DNA from: an uncultured Clostridia bacterium | Lineage (GTDB): Bacteria; Bacillota; Clostridia; TANB77; CAG-508 | Reading direction: 5' to 3' | DNA: 64,000 bases | Assembly: GCA_947573445.1 (NCBI GenBank) | Contig: CANPFR010000001.1 | Location: 86,984 to 150,983 of the forward strand | Shown: positions 27,965 through 37,121 of the stretch, one piece after another | How the letters are laid out: the number at the start of each line of letters is the position of its first letter | How positions within the stretch are numbered: position 1 is the stretch's first letter | Position numbers and translations under genes: made by a program | The notes under the pieces: model-generated | What the model saw: the letters and a program-made list of their open reading frames with translations, nothing else | Told to the model about the DNA's origin: nothing | Databases searched by the model: none

Positions 27965-29734
27965 TTACACTTGTGGTGTTTGGCCAATTGCCGGATCTTG
28001 CGGTGGAGTTGGAGCTGGCTCTGCACTTGGCACAGAAGATGGTTGTTCAACCGTTGGTGCTGGTGCTGGCTCAGGTGTAGCTTCAGGTACTGGCTCTGCT
28101 ACTGTTGGAATACTTGGTCCAACATTTACAATCGTTTTCATCGCATTATACGTATCATTAGACAATACATTTTTAGAAACAACTGCTCCACCAAGTCTTT
28201 TTTCAATATAAGTAGTAACCTTGCATCCACTATGCCCTGCTTGCTTTACCACTTGCTTGCCTGGCGTTAATGTCGCATCTTGCACATATTCGGTTTGATA
28301 TGGTATCGTTTGAGTCGTGACTGGGATAATTTTGATTTCATATTCCACTTCTTCTTTTATGCCATGAATTTTAAATTCGGCAATTCCATTGGCTACATTT
28401 GCTGCAATTTTAATCGGATAAGTTCTGGAATTTTTAAATTTAAAATCTTGTGTTCCATAAACCACTGTGGCATCCCTTCCAGCAGGTACATAAGTCGAGG
28501 TAAACGAATGATTACGTCTTTCAGTAACTTCTAAATTAGCTAATAATACAGCATTATATAAAGTTGAAGAAATCTGACAAATTCCACCTGCTAAGCCATC
28601 TACAACTTGACCATTTTCGTATATTTTTGCATTTCTATAACCTTCTTCAATCGTCCTTTTACCAACTATTTCATTAAATGAAAATTCTTCCCCTGGCATC
28701 AAAACCGTTCCATTTATTTTATTCGCTGCTAATTTTAGATTTCCACTTCTGTTTGTGTTACTTGCATCATATTTCGTAGAAAAAGAAGATACAAGATATG
28801 GGAATGCTTCTGTTCCAATATCATCAATTGTTTTTGCAGCTGGTGTAAGTTTTAGTGGTATCACGTATTCTTCTGTATTTTCAGCCTGAATAATAGCATT
28901 TGCTTCTTCCATGGTTATCGCAAAATCAACCCCATTTTCTTCTGGGAACAATTGAAATGGCTCTAGCACAAAATAAGCATCTTTTGGTTCTTTATGTATT
29001 TCAATGTATATTTTTTGTAAATCTATTGGATCTGGGGAAACATTTTCTACTTGTATTTGGACAACTTGTTCTTGACTATCTTGCATGATTTTTAGTGCAT
29101 CTCTTTCTTTCATATTATGCAAAATATCTTCTTTTAATTTGTCTTTCTTCACTACAATTCCAGCTTTTCCGTTATTGATAATAAGTTGATCTCCTTCCAT
29201 ATTGTAACTTGCTTGAACAACCAAACCTGGAACTTTTGCAGAAACATCCTCTACAATTCCATTCAAAGACTCTTCGTTATAAGAAGTTTTGACATCTACA
29301 TTTTTGCCAAAAAATACACTACCTAATAATATATAATTGTTTAATATAATATTTTCACTTTTTCCAATGCTGTAGGCTTCTTTTACTGCCTCTGCTACAT
29401 CATAGGAATATTGCACTTGATTGGCATCAAAATCAACTGTATATTCTTCTCCATAAACTAGCCTCATTCCTAATAATAACTCAACATTAACTGCTTCGTT
29501 AATTTTATTAGTAGCTTCCTCTATGGTTAAATTTGAGACATCAATTCCTTTTATTGTAACACCTTTCGCAATGGTGTTTTTACCTAAATTTAGCAAAGCA
29601 AATATGGTAGAAAATACGAGAGTTGTTATTAGAATAACTAGTATAATAATCAATTTCCATAAATTTTTATTTTTGGCTTGTTTTTCTTTTTTATCTAAAT
29701 TCTCATTTGAATTAGCTGTATCTTCAGTGGACAT
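27965..29734 (-). CDS. VanW-family protein with G5 domain and Pro-rich tail
   Basis: Transmembrane anchor, VanW core (GGICQISSTLYNA), G5-like segment and a PxP-rich C-terminus. The ATG at 29734 has a GGGGGAA RBS. The longer ORF extension would overlap the divergent promoter. Confidence 0.88.
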   Translation of the reverse strand: MSTEDTANSNENLDKKEKQAKNKNLWKLIIILVILITTLVFSTIFALLNLGKNTIAKGVTIKGIDVSNLTIEEATNKINEAVNVELLLGMRLVYGEEYTVDFDANQVQYSYDVAEAVKEAYSIGKSENIILNNYILLGSVFFGKNVDVKTSYNEESLNGIVEDVSAKVPGLVVQASYNMEGDQLIINNGKAGIVVKKDKLKEDILHNMKERDALKIMQDSQEQVVQIQVENVSPDPIDLQKIYIEIHKEPKDAYFVLEPFQLFPEENGVDFAITMEEANAIIQAENTEEYVIPLKLTPAAKTIDDIGTEAFPYLVSSFSTKYDASNTNRSGNLKLAANKINGTVLMPGEEFSFNEIVGKRTIEEGYRNAKIYENGQVVDGLAGGICQISSTLYNAVLLANLEVTERRNHSFTSTYVPAGRDATVVYGTQDFKFKNSRTYPIKIAANVANGIAEFKIHGIKEEVEYEIKIIPVTTQTIPYQTEYVQDATLTPGKQVVKQAGHSGCKVTTYIEKRLGGAVVSKNVLSNDTYNAMKTIVNVGPSIPTVAEPVPEATPEPAPAPTVEQPSSVPSAEPAPTPPQDPAIGQTPQV

Positions 29735-29873
29735 TTTTATGTTTTCCCCCTTATAAAACACTAATACATATATATTATCATAAGTGTTTTTTTTTAGCAA
29801 GAAATTTACGAATATTTCATAAAATTTTTGAAATATTTTTCTTGATGTCGAATAGCTTGTTATATCACAATTC

Positions 29874-29902
29874 TTGACAAATTTACATAAAAATGTTATA
29901 AT
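29874..29902 (+). promoter_or_regulatory. consensus promoter TTGACA-17-TATAAT (TG extended)
   Basis: Perfect hexamers. The spacer carries the reverse complement of TTTTATGTAAA. Confidence 0.6.
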
Positions 29903-29945
29903 ATTGTATGTAACATGAGAATAGGTCAAAACAAGGAGGTTTTCT

Positions 29946-31247
29946 ATGGAAAACAAAAATATGTTATTATCATCAGAGACTATTTTAAAGGAGCTTTTTA
30001 ATTCTCAGGATTTTGATCCTGAGAAAAATACAGAAGTTCTATCTTCTTCTGTATATCACTTTAAAATCACCAATAAATTCATTCTTTATTTTACACAATT
30101 ATTGCAATTTGCATTTGAGCAAAATCTTCTTAATGAAGATGCTCGAAATACCATTGCCAATCTTTTATTAGGGAGTTTTAGCAAACATGCAGAAGAAAAG
30201 GTACGGATAGTTAGTAACTATTTGTACATAACTACACTTTGGTTACAATCTATGAGCAACTGGGAGGCTTGGTTGCAACTTAGTAGCATAACCAGTGCGA
30301 AAGAGGCATCAAACTTTTTGACGTCAGCTCTTTCTTGGTTTGACGAAAAATTAAATCAACTTTTAAAAGACCTGAAACTAAACCAAAGAAATTGCTTGGC
30401 TTTGAAAGAAAGGTCCATCGCCAATGCATTTTCGGATTTGGAAAAGACGATTCGTGAAACCAAAAACCTGTCGTCTGTGAATTTAAAATTTCTTCATAAA
30501 TCACAGATTGCCGTTCCTTATACTTTTCTAGTTGAACCAGAAGCACCTAACTATCTGGAAAGACTGGAAAAAACTGTCCAGAACTTTTCGATTGAAATGG
30601 ATATCCTCGCTAAAATAAATGCCAAAACTATCATACAAGAAAAACGCAAGGAGATTAATCAATCGAAACAAAAAGAAGGTCAAAAAGAACTTCTTTTGCA
30701 ATCTAGTTTCAATACGGCACTAGAAAAATTAAAAAATCACTATCAAGAAAAAAAAGAAATTGCTCAAAAAGCTCAAGAATCTTTAAGCGAAAAAATCGAT
30801 ACCCTGGAAAAAGAGTTTGCTGCTAAGCACCCTCACTTAAAAGACAGAGCACTCGACCAAGCTTTCGAAGATTATCTTGATACTTTGCCAGATGATTTCT
30901 TTGATACCAACGCTGAGGACCCCGTGGAAATCGATAGGTGGTATGCTACTATGCAACAACAACTCCTGGAAAAATTGGAGAAAAGTCAGAAAAAACTCCA
31001 AAAAGAACAAGACGTTAGCACCGAAATACTCTTGGAAAATGACTATAATCTTGATAGTATCATCCGGGAATTTGCACTTTTTTCATTGGCCAAAAACCAA
31101 TGCGTGCCTTATCCAGAAACTTTGGAAGAACGAAGTTTAATGTTGGCACAGATTCCAAATAACGTTGCTATTTCAGAGTTTTTGATGGAAACTAATGGAC
31201 AATTTTCAGATGCTGAACTGGAGTATTTGGAAATTGCTACAAAATAA
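29946..31247 (+). CDS. hypothetical all-helical protein (433 aa)
   Basis: AAGGAGG RBS, long ORF, central K/E/Q coiled-coil-like segment, GC visibly above the neighbours. No motif recognised. Confidence 0.8.
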   Translation: MENKNMLLSSETILKELFNSQDFDPEKNTEVLSSSVYHFKITNKFILYFTQLLQFAFEQNLLNEDARNTIANLLLGSFSKHAEEKVRIVSNYLYITTLWLQSMSNWEAWLQLSSITSAKEASNFLTSALSWFDEKLNQLLKDLKLNQRNCLALKERSIANAFSDLEKTIRETKNLSSVNLKFLHKSQIAVPYTFLVEPEAPNYLERLEKTVQNFSIEMDILAKINAKTIIQEKRKEINQSKQKEGQKELLLQSSFNTALEKLKNHYQEKKEIAQKAQESLSEKIDTLEKEFAAKHPHLKDRALDQAFEDYLDTLPDDFFDTNAEDPVEIDRWYATMQQQLLEKLEKSQKKLQKEQDVSTEILLENDYNLDSIIREFALFSLAKNQCVPYPETLEERSLMLAQIPNNVAISEFLMETNGQFSDAELEYLEIATK

Positions 31248-31261
31248 TAACATATACCAAC

Positions 31262-31300
31262 AAAGAACGGCAGAGGCTAACTAGCTCTGTCGTTCTTTGC
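31262..31300 (+). terminator. long hairpin after the 433-aa gene
   Basis: About 18-bp stem caaagaacggcagaggcta/tagctctgtcgttctttg with two G-U pairs. No clear T-run. Confidence 0.5.
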
Positions 31301-31309
31301 TCATATGGA

Positions 31310-31333
31310 AAAAGCAGGAAAATATTCCTGCTA
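31310..31333 (-). terminator. terminator after the acidic-protein gene
   Basis: Stem agcagga/tcctgct with a U-run on the minus strand. Confidence 0.5.
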
Positions 31334-31376
31334 ATATCACACTCCTTTCGTAATTTCAAAACCGTTCAGATGCTCA

Positions 31377-31916
31377 TCAGTCCTCAATAACTTCCTCATC
31401 CGATTCATCTGAAGAGATATAATCCTGATATACAGCCATAATCTGTATATCCGACAACTTTTCTTCAAACATCTCTGCAAGCTCTGAAGAATCCATTGCT
31501 AATAAATCCTCCAAAACTCTTTCCAACGGATAGCTTTCCTGGAGCACCTTTAGTACTCGCACTAAGCATTCCTCTTGCATTTTGAAACCTTCTAAAATCT
31601 CTACAATTTTAAAGATTGCTTCTTCATCCTCTTCGCAGAGCTGCCAAATTTCTTCTGCTGGAAACTGCCAAACTGAATCCTCTTCGTCATCATCTAGAAC
31701 CCGTTCCCAAAGTGACTTCTCACTTGGAAACTCTTCTGACATGACCAGAAGTTCATCTCCTTGCTGCCGGATAAATAATGGAAGCCAAGTTGTACCACTT
31801 ACTGGAATCAATGCAACACCATCACTCATTGGCTCTGCAAGCACAACGTTTTCATTACGTCTTAAGTAGCCTTGCAATTCTTGGCTACTATTTGTCAGCA
31901 TAATATCCTTTTTCAT
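31377..31916 (-). CDS. hypothetical hyper-acidic protein (179 aa)
   Basis: ATG at 31916 after a GAAAGGTGG RBS. D/E-rich throughout, ending in a DESDEEVIED tail. Own consensus promoter. Confidence 0.75.
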   Translation of the reverse strand: MKKDIMLTNSSQELQGYLRRNENVVLAEPMSDGVALIPVSGTTWLPLFIRQQGDELLVMSEEFPSEKSLWERVLDDDEEDSVWQFPAEEIWQLCEEDEEAIFKIVEILEGFKMQEECLVRVLKVLQESYPLERVLEDLLAMDSSELAEMFEEKLSDIQIMAVYQDYISSDESDEEVIED

Positions 31917-31967
31917 AATAGATGCCCACCTTTCATTTTTTGCTGTTTCTATATGCTTCATAACATT

Positions 31968-31996
31968 ATTATAGCACAATTTACATAAAAAGTCAA
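31968..31996 (-). promoter_or_regulatory. consensus promoter TTGACT-17-TATAAT (TG extended)
   Basis: The spacer begins TTTTATGTAAA. Confidence 0.6.
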
Positions 31997-32041
31997 TACT
32001 TTCTTATTGACATGCAAAAAGAGCCCTATAAAAAGAGGCTC

Positions 32042-32692
32042 TTAGTCTTTCTTACTTAGTTTGCAATCTACATAACAAAGCAAATATGATATCATATGAA
32101 TACATATGCCAATTAGTAATATCCATTTTACTACGCCTTTATATCCTATTTTTTCATAATCCAGAAAGAAATAAGCATACTTTTTGGAACCACCAATATT
32201 GTAAAATTCTCCACCTAAATAACGATATGTGTAAACATAAATTACATAATAAAGTGGAAAAACCAACCAAAAAGCTGTATCACTATGTTTGAATTTTCCT
32301 TTTTCGTCAAAAAGAAAATAATCCAAAATTACAGCAATTGGCGAAATTGCGTGAACCAATAAATTAGCAATTTGTTTAGACAATGTTTGACTATATGTCA
32401 TTTGAAATTGATTTGGAGCTAAAGCAATTGTGTAAATAAAACCAGTCACAAAAATTGCAATCATCAAAGCTCCTTTTATTTTGTAATATAGTGTGGTTTT
32501 GTAGGATTTCTTCCGCATTTCCTGATACGTAAAATAAACAAATGCAATTAAACAAATGATATTACTTTGGAGCGTATAATAAGATAAAATGGAACGAATA
32601 GAGCGTGTTGTCAATATATTTAGTAAGATTCCTACTGTAAGAAAACAAATGGTAAGAATTTTATAACTGATCGAAATTATTCTCCGTGTCAT
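32042..32692 (-). CDS. polytopic membrane protein (possibly Pr6Pr family)
   Basis: Six predicted transmembrane helices and a YTLQSN motif in TM2. AAGGAG RBS before the ATG at 32692. Confidence 0.75.
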   Translation of the reverse strand: MTRRIISISYKILTICFLTVGILLNILTTRSIRSILSYYTLQSNIICLIAFVYFTYQEMRKKSYKTTLYYKIKGALMIAIFVTGFIYTIALAPNQFQMTYSQTLSKQIANLLVHAISPIAVILDYFLFDEKGKFKHSDTAFWLVFPLYYVIYVYTYRYLGGEFYNIGGSKKYAYFFLDYEKIGYKGVVKWILLIGICIHMISYLLCYVDCKLSKKD

Positions 32693-32877
32693 AAAATTTC
32701 TCCTTTCTTTCATTCAAGTTTATAAACTATTTTTATTATAGCATAATTTTGATTCATTTTCAAGCAAAAAATACTTTTCTGCCCAGGAAAAATGTGTATC
32801 ATTTTTTACAATACTCTTGCTCTAAAATAAATATTATATTTAAATAAACTACGTTTATCCTTCGTTTGGCTGTTATT

Positions 32878-33478
32878 TTACATCTCACTCCTACCCTCTA
32901 AAGCTTTCATTAACGTAATCTCATCTGTATATTCTAAATCTCCTCCAACTGGGATTCCTCTTGCAATTCTGGTAACTTTAATTCCCATTGGTTTCACCAA
33001 TTTTGAAATATACATTGAAGTTGCCTCGCCTTCAACACGTGGATTTGTCGCTAAAATTAATTCTTTTACTGTTCCATCCATTAACCTAGCTAATAATTCC
33101 TTTATTTTGATATCATCTGGGCCAATCCCATTCATAGGTGATATCGAACCATGTAAAATATGATAAACCCCGTTTATATTCGTGTGTTCTTTCCATCGCA
33201 AAAACATCTCGTACGTCTTCTACAACACAAATTGTACTTTGATCTCTTTTAACGTCTGAACAAATATTACATGGATCTGTATCTGAAATATTAAAACACT
33301 TGGAACAAAATTTCAAATTTCGTTTCGCATTCAAAATTGCATCTGTAAACTCTTTTGCTTCTTCATTACTTACATCTAACATATAAAAAGCCAAACGTTG
33401 AGCCGTTTTATGGCCAATGCTTGGTAATTTTTCAAAACTTTCTATCAATTTTTCAATGGATGGTGAATAATTTGCCAT
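32878..33478 (-). pseudogene. recR: recombination protein RecR with +1 frameshift
   Basis: The N-terminal ORF has the HhH and Cys4 zinc finger (CSKCFNISDTDPCNIC) and the C-terminal ORF has the Toprim part (NGVYHILHG...). They join if one A is removed from gaatatAAAcgggg, at about 33173-33175. Confidence 0.9.
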
Positions 33479-33562
33479 TTTTCTTAAGTCCTTTTCTGAT
33501 TATTTTCATTTTATTAATATATATCATATCTCCTTTAATAATTCAACAACTTCTTACAAAAA

Positions 33563-33591
33563 TTGACTTTTCTTACAAAATGTGTTATAAT
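33563..33591 (+). promoter_or_regulatory. consensus promoter TTGACT-17-TATAAT (TG extended)
   Basis: Perfect spacing, upstream of 33649. Confidence 0.6.
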
Positions 33592-33648
33592 TAACTTATA
33601 ATAACACTTTTATATAAAAACAAAGCCCTCTGGGCAGAAAGGGAATCT

Positions 33649-33987
33649 ATGAAAAAATTTCAATGTTTTCCACAGGAATGCATTCAAGAAATTCTTCAAA
33701 CCCTCTTGAATATTCCTAAAAATGTAACACAAGAAGCAACACCTCATTACTTAATCATCTCTGACTATTTTCCTTATGAGGCAAAGCCTGCTGAAAAAGA
33801 AGCTGAAATGATTATTCAGCAGCACAAAGGCAAGCTAGAAACTACACCTTTACTTGCTAAAACAGAATCTGGCAATTCAATCTTATTAGCTTATTTGCCA
33901 GAAATTCCCAAAAACCCCTTATACCAAAATCGTTTTTGGGAGTTGACAAACCAAATTAATATGTTAGATGTATTTTGGTATTGTTAA
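33649..33987 (+). CDS. hypothetical small protein (112 aa)
   Basis: Own promoter and terminator. The RBS (AAGGGAA) can pair with an upstream CCCT. Inserted antisense between ybaB and recR. Confidence 0.6.
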   Translation: MKKFQCFPQECIQEILQTLLNIPKNVTQEATPHYLIISDYFPYEAKPAEKEAEMIIQQHKGKLETTPLLAKTESGNSILLAYLPEIPKNPLYQNRFWELTNQINMLDVFWYC

Positions 33988-34006
33988 CAAACATAAATGA
34001 AAGAGG

Positions 34007-34075
34007 CTGTAAAAAACTTAATTTCTCTTGTTCTTTTTGAGAAAGATATCGTTTTTTACAGTCCCTTTTTATTTT
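34007..34075. terminator. compound hairpin terminator
   Basis: ctgtaaaaaac ... gttttttacag stem followed by a T-run. Confidence 0.5.
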
Positions 34076-34084
34076 AAATAATCT

Positions 34085-34429
34085 TTACATTAATCCTGGA
34101 ATATTATATTTTCCAAAACTCTGGCTTTGTGCAGCATCCACTTTTCTTAGTGCCTCGTTAACACATGTTAGAATTAAATCTTCTAGCATCTCTACATCCT
34201 CTGGATCAACAACATCCTTTTGAATTTTAATTTCTTTGATTTCTTTAGCACCTGAAACCTTCACTGATATTGCATTGCCTCCAGCAGATGCTTCAAATGT
34301 TTTTTCTTGTAATTCTTCTTGTGTTTTTTCCATGTCTTCTTGCATTTTTTTGGCTTGTTTCATCAATTGATTCATATTCATTCCGCCAAATCCACCCATT
34401 CCTCCTGGAAATCCACCTCGTTTTGCCAT
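34085..34429 (-). CDS. ybaB: nucleoid-associated protein YbaB/EbfC
   Basis: G/M-rich N-terminus, the MNQLMKQAKKMQEDMEK pattern, 114 aa, located downstream of dnaX. Confidence 0.93.
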   Translation of the reverse strand: MAKRGGFPGGMGGFGGMNMNQLMKQAKKMQEDMEKTQEELQEKTFEASAGGNAISVKVSGAKEIKEIKIQKDVVDPEDVEMLEDLILTCVNEALRKVDAAQSQSFGKYNIPGLM

Positions 34430-34516
34430 TTTTCCTCTCTCCTCTCTTTGTTTTGATAAAATTATAATATATTGTTGATATTATATCGTTATTTTTATAT
34501 AAAAATATTGATATAA

Positions 34517-36079
34517 TTAATCTATAATATTAATATCTATCCCCAAATCCTCAAACCCAGATGATGTTGTTTCTACTGGTTTTGTAGCTTTTCCATCTTT
34601 TAATTTGATATTGATTTCTTTCCCTGTTAATAATGCAATTGTTTTGATTAAATCATTTCGATTCGTCACATCCTCTAGAATTTTTTGGTTAAAAGCAGTT
34701 AAACCGTTTGGAAACTCAATTTCCCAAGTTTGATCGTTGAGTTTGTTTATGGTCGTATTTACCAAACAAGTAAATAATCGAATTTTTCCACTTTTTTTAA
34801 GATTTTCTACAATTTCTTTCCAGTCTTCTGTCTGTTTTCCTGCTGTAGGCATAGAAACTGACTGTGTCACCTGCTGAGGTCTTGCTGACGCTTGCCTTGG
34901 TGGCAATGAATTGGTCATTTTTTGTGGCATAGCATTTATATGATTTAATTTCTGCTCTAATACAGCAACTTTTTTCTCTAATTGAGCAATATCACCATTT
35001 GCTTGATTCATACAGATTTTGATAATACCAGCTTGTAATATAATCGTTTTTTGCGTAGAATTTTTGATATTGGCTTCTAATCCAGATAACTCATAAATCA
35101 CATTTAAAAGGCGCTCTTTTTCAGTTTTTTCCGCTAACTTTTGGAGCTCAGAAAGTTCTTGTTCTGAATATAAGGTAAGTTTTTGAGTTGCTTTATAGAC
35201 CAATATATCCTTGGTGTATTTAATTACTTCCCATAAAAAATTATATAAATCTTTGCCCTCTTCGATGACATCATCAATTGCTTGCAAAGCAACAGTTTCC
35301 TCATTTTCTAGAATGGCTTTGGTTAGTTTGTGGATATAATCTAAACTTGGTAATCCTACCAAGTCTTTGACCAAATTAATGGTAATCTCTTCTGTGCTCT
35401 CTTGACTACATCTCTCTAAAATACTAATTGCATCACGCATTGCCCCCTCTGATAAAACAGCAATTGTTTTCAATGCATCATCTGTAATTTTGATGTTGGA
35501 TTCTGCACAGATTATTCTTAAACGTTTGATAATATTTTCATCATTTATTTTTTTGTAATCAAATCTTTGGCAACGAGAAAGTATGGTCGCTGGCAATTTT
35601 TGCGGTTCTGTTGTAGCTAGCATGAATTTGACGTGCTCTGGTGGTTCTTCTAATGTCTTAAGCAACGCATTAAATGCTCCTACTGAAAGCATATGAACCT
35701 CATCAATAATATAGACTCTATATTTTGCTTTTGTTGGTAAAAAATTCACTTCATCACGAATGGCACGGATATCTTCTACACTATTATTGGAAGCTGCATC
35801 CATTTCTACAACATCTGTCAAAGACCCTTCTAAAATTTCTTTGCAAATTTCACATTCATTACATGGCTCTCCATCTTGTGGATTTAAACAATTCACTGCA
35901 CGTGCTAAAATTTTGGCTGTGGTTGTTTTTCCTGTGCCACGACCACCATTAAACAAATAAGCATGACCAACACGATTTGCCATGATTTGATTTCTGAGTG
36001 TTTTAGTAATGTGCTCTTGCCCAACCATATCTTCAAATCTTATTGGTCTAAATGTTCTGTATAATGCCGTATAAGCCAT
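34517..36079 (-). CDS. dnaX: DNA polymerase III subunit gamma/tau
   Basis: GGRGTGKTT Walker A, the CNECEICKE zinc module, IIDEVHML and the SRCQRF sensor. AGAGGTG RBS before the ATG at 36079. Confidence 0.95.
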   Translation of the reverse strand: MAYTALYRTFRPIRFEDMVGQEHITKTLRNQIMANRVGHAYLFNGGRGTGKTTTAKILARAVNCLNPQDGEPCNECEICKEILEGSLTDVVEMDAASNNSVEDIRAIRDEVNFLPTKAKYRVYIIDEVHMLSVGAFNALLKTLEEPPEHVKFMLATTEPQKLPATILSRCQRFDYKKINDENIIKRLRIICAESNIKITDDALKTIAVLSEGAMRDAISILERCSQESTEEITINLVKDLVGLPSLDYIHKLTKAILENEETVALQAIDDVIEEGKDLYNFLWEVIKYTKDILVYKATQKLTLYSEQELSELQKLAEKTEKERLLNVIYELSGLEANIKNSTQKTIILQAGIIKICMNQANGDIAQLEKKVAVLEQKLNHINAMPQKMTNSLPPRQASARPQQVTQSVSMPTAGKQTEDWKEIVENLKKSGKIRLFTCLVNTTINKLNDQTWEIEFPNGLTAFNQKILEDVTNRNDLIKTIALLTGKEINIKLKDGKATKPVETTSSGFEDLGIDINIID

Positions 36080-36108
36080 ATTTAAAACACCTCTTTTCAA
36101 AATATTAA

Positions 36109-36227
36109 GGTTTCTCTTAAGGAAGGCATGTCATTCACATAAATACACTACTTATCGCTGCTTTCTCTCGAACCTGACGAGATTCATAGCTTTTTATTGA
36201 AACATACCTTCCTAAAAAGAAACCCTG
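36109..36227 (-). ncRNA. ffs: small (4.5S-type) signal recognition particle RNA
   Basis: The minus strand reads ...GTCAGGTTCGAGAGAAAGCAGC..., the domain IV consensus. Long terminal helix gggtttctttttaggaaggtatg / catgccttccttaagagaaacc. A TTGCAA-17-TATAAT promoter lies upstream, in the conserved position before dnaX. Ends are within about 10 nt. Confidence 0.8.
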
Positions 36228-36284
36228 TTCAACTTTTATTATTATATAATGAAAACTTCAATTTTGCAATAGTTTTTTAGAAAA

Positions 36285-37109
36285 TTAAGGATTATATTTT
36301 TTTAAAAATGGATAATAACCAATTTCATCTGCGATTTGAATAATATAACCACTTTTTACACTTCCTTCTTCTGTTTCAAGTTGTAAATCAGCACTCATGT
36401 TGCAAATAAAATCTTCATCTAAATTATTTTTTAGGTGAATTGTAAAACTAATTTGAGGAGATAATTCATTCAAGTTCATATCCATATTATTGAAAATCCT
36501 GCCATCAAATGAAACCAAGCCATTTTCTTTGGTAACCTGATAATTATTCATAATATCTTTATTAATGAAACCAATTGTGATTGGATTCGAACAATCTGCA
36601 AAAAAAGTAGGGGTTTGGTAATCACTATTTTGGTTTTGTTCATTTGTGTAAACAATGTTATATTGCAAAGAATCTTCTATTTTATTTTGTTCTATCATTC
36701 TATATTTCGAAATCTCTAGAGGATTTTTGTAGTATAAGGCAGGTGAACCATATTTATATCCGATATCAATCTTAAAATTATCTAAGTACAATTCTTTTAC
36801 AGAATTTTTCTCTGTCAACTCGTCTCCCATATTTTCAATATAAATAGCAATATCAGAGTATTGTTGAATACTCAAGTTCTGTAGGTTTTGTTCTACTGTA
36901 TTGTCAATTGCCTCTGCACTACTATATTTTATGATTTTGGAAACTTTAAAAATTGTTTCTTTGTTAGCATCTGCAATTTGGATTAACTCTTTTGCAAACT
37001 CATTTTTTTTAATAATTTTGCTGAAAATCAATCGATTGTCGATATACAAGATTGCCAATATTATAAGCAATAATATTGGCAAAGCAAATTTGTAAAGTTT
37101 TGTTTTCAT
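36285..37109 (-). CDS. membrane-anchored hypothetical protein (paralogue of 39085..39813)
   Basis: N-terminal transmembrane segment followed by a beta-rich ectodomain. Several blocks align with the 39085 protein. Confidence 0.75.
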   Translation of the reverse strand: MKTKLYKFALPILLLIILAILYIDNRLIFSKIIKKNEFAKELIQIADANKETIFKVSKIIKYSSAEAIDNTVEQNLQNLSIQQYSDIAIYIENMGDELTEKNSVKELYLDNFKIDIGYKYGSPALYYKNPLEISKYRMIEQNKIEDSLQYNIVYTNEQNQNSDYQTPTFFADCSNPITIGFINKDIMNNYQVTKENGLVSFDGRIFNNMDMNLNELSPQISFTIHLKNNLDEDFICNMSADLQLETEEGSVKSGYIIQIADEIGYYPFLKKYNP

Positions 37110-37121
37110 ACTCACTCCATT

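Noticed and set aside
17931-29852. Perfect Spo0A-box matches TGTCGAA at 17931-17937 (spoIIE / orphan-gene intergenic region) and 29846-29852 (22 nt upstream of the 29874 promoter).
   Set aside because: From base composition, a 7-mer of this kind is expected roughly five or six times on both strands of 64 kb, and I found about five in total. There is therefore no enrichment and the sites cannot be called regulatory from sequence alone.
29735-29956. 74-codon N-terminal extension of the VanW ORF in the track (start at 29956).
   Set aside because: The extension has no RBS, reads as low-complexity sequence and would run through the divergent consensus promoter of the 29946 gene. The ATG at 29734 has a strong RBS and is followed by a normal cytoplasmic N-terminus and then a transmembrane segment.
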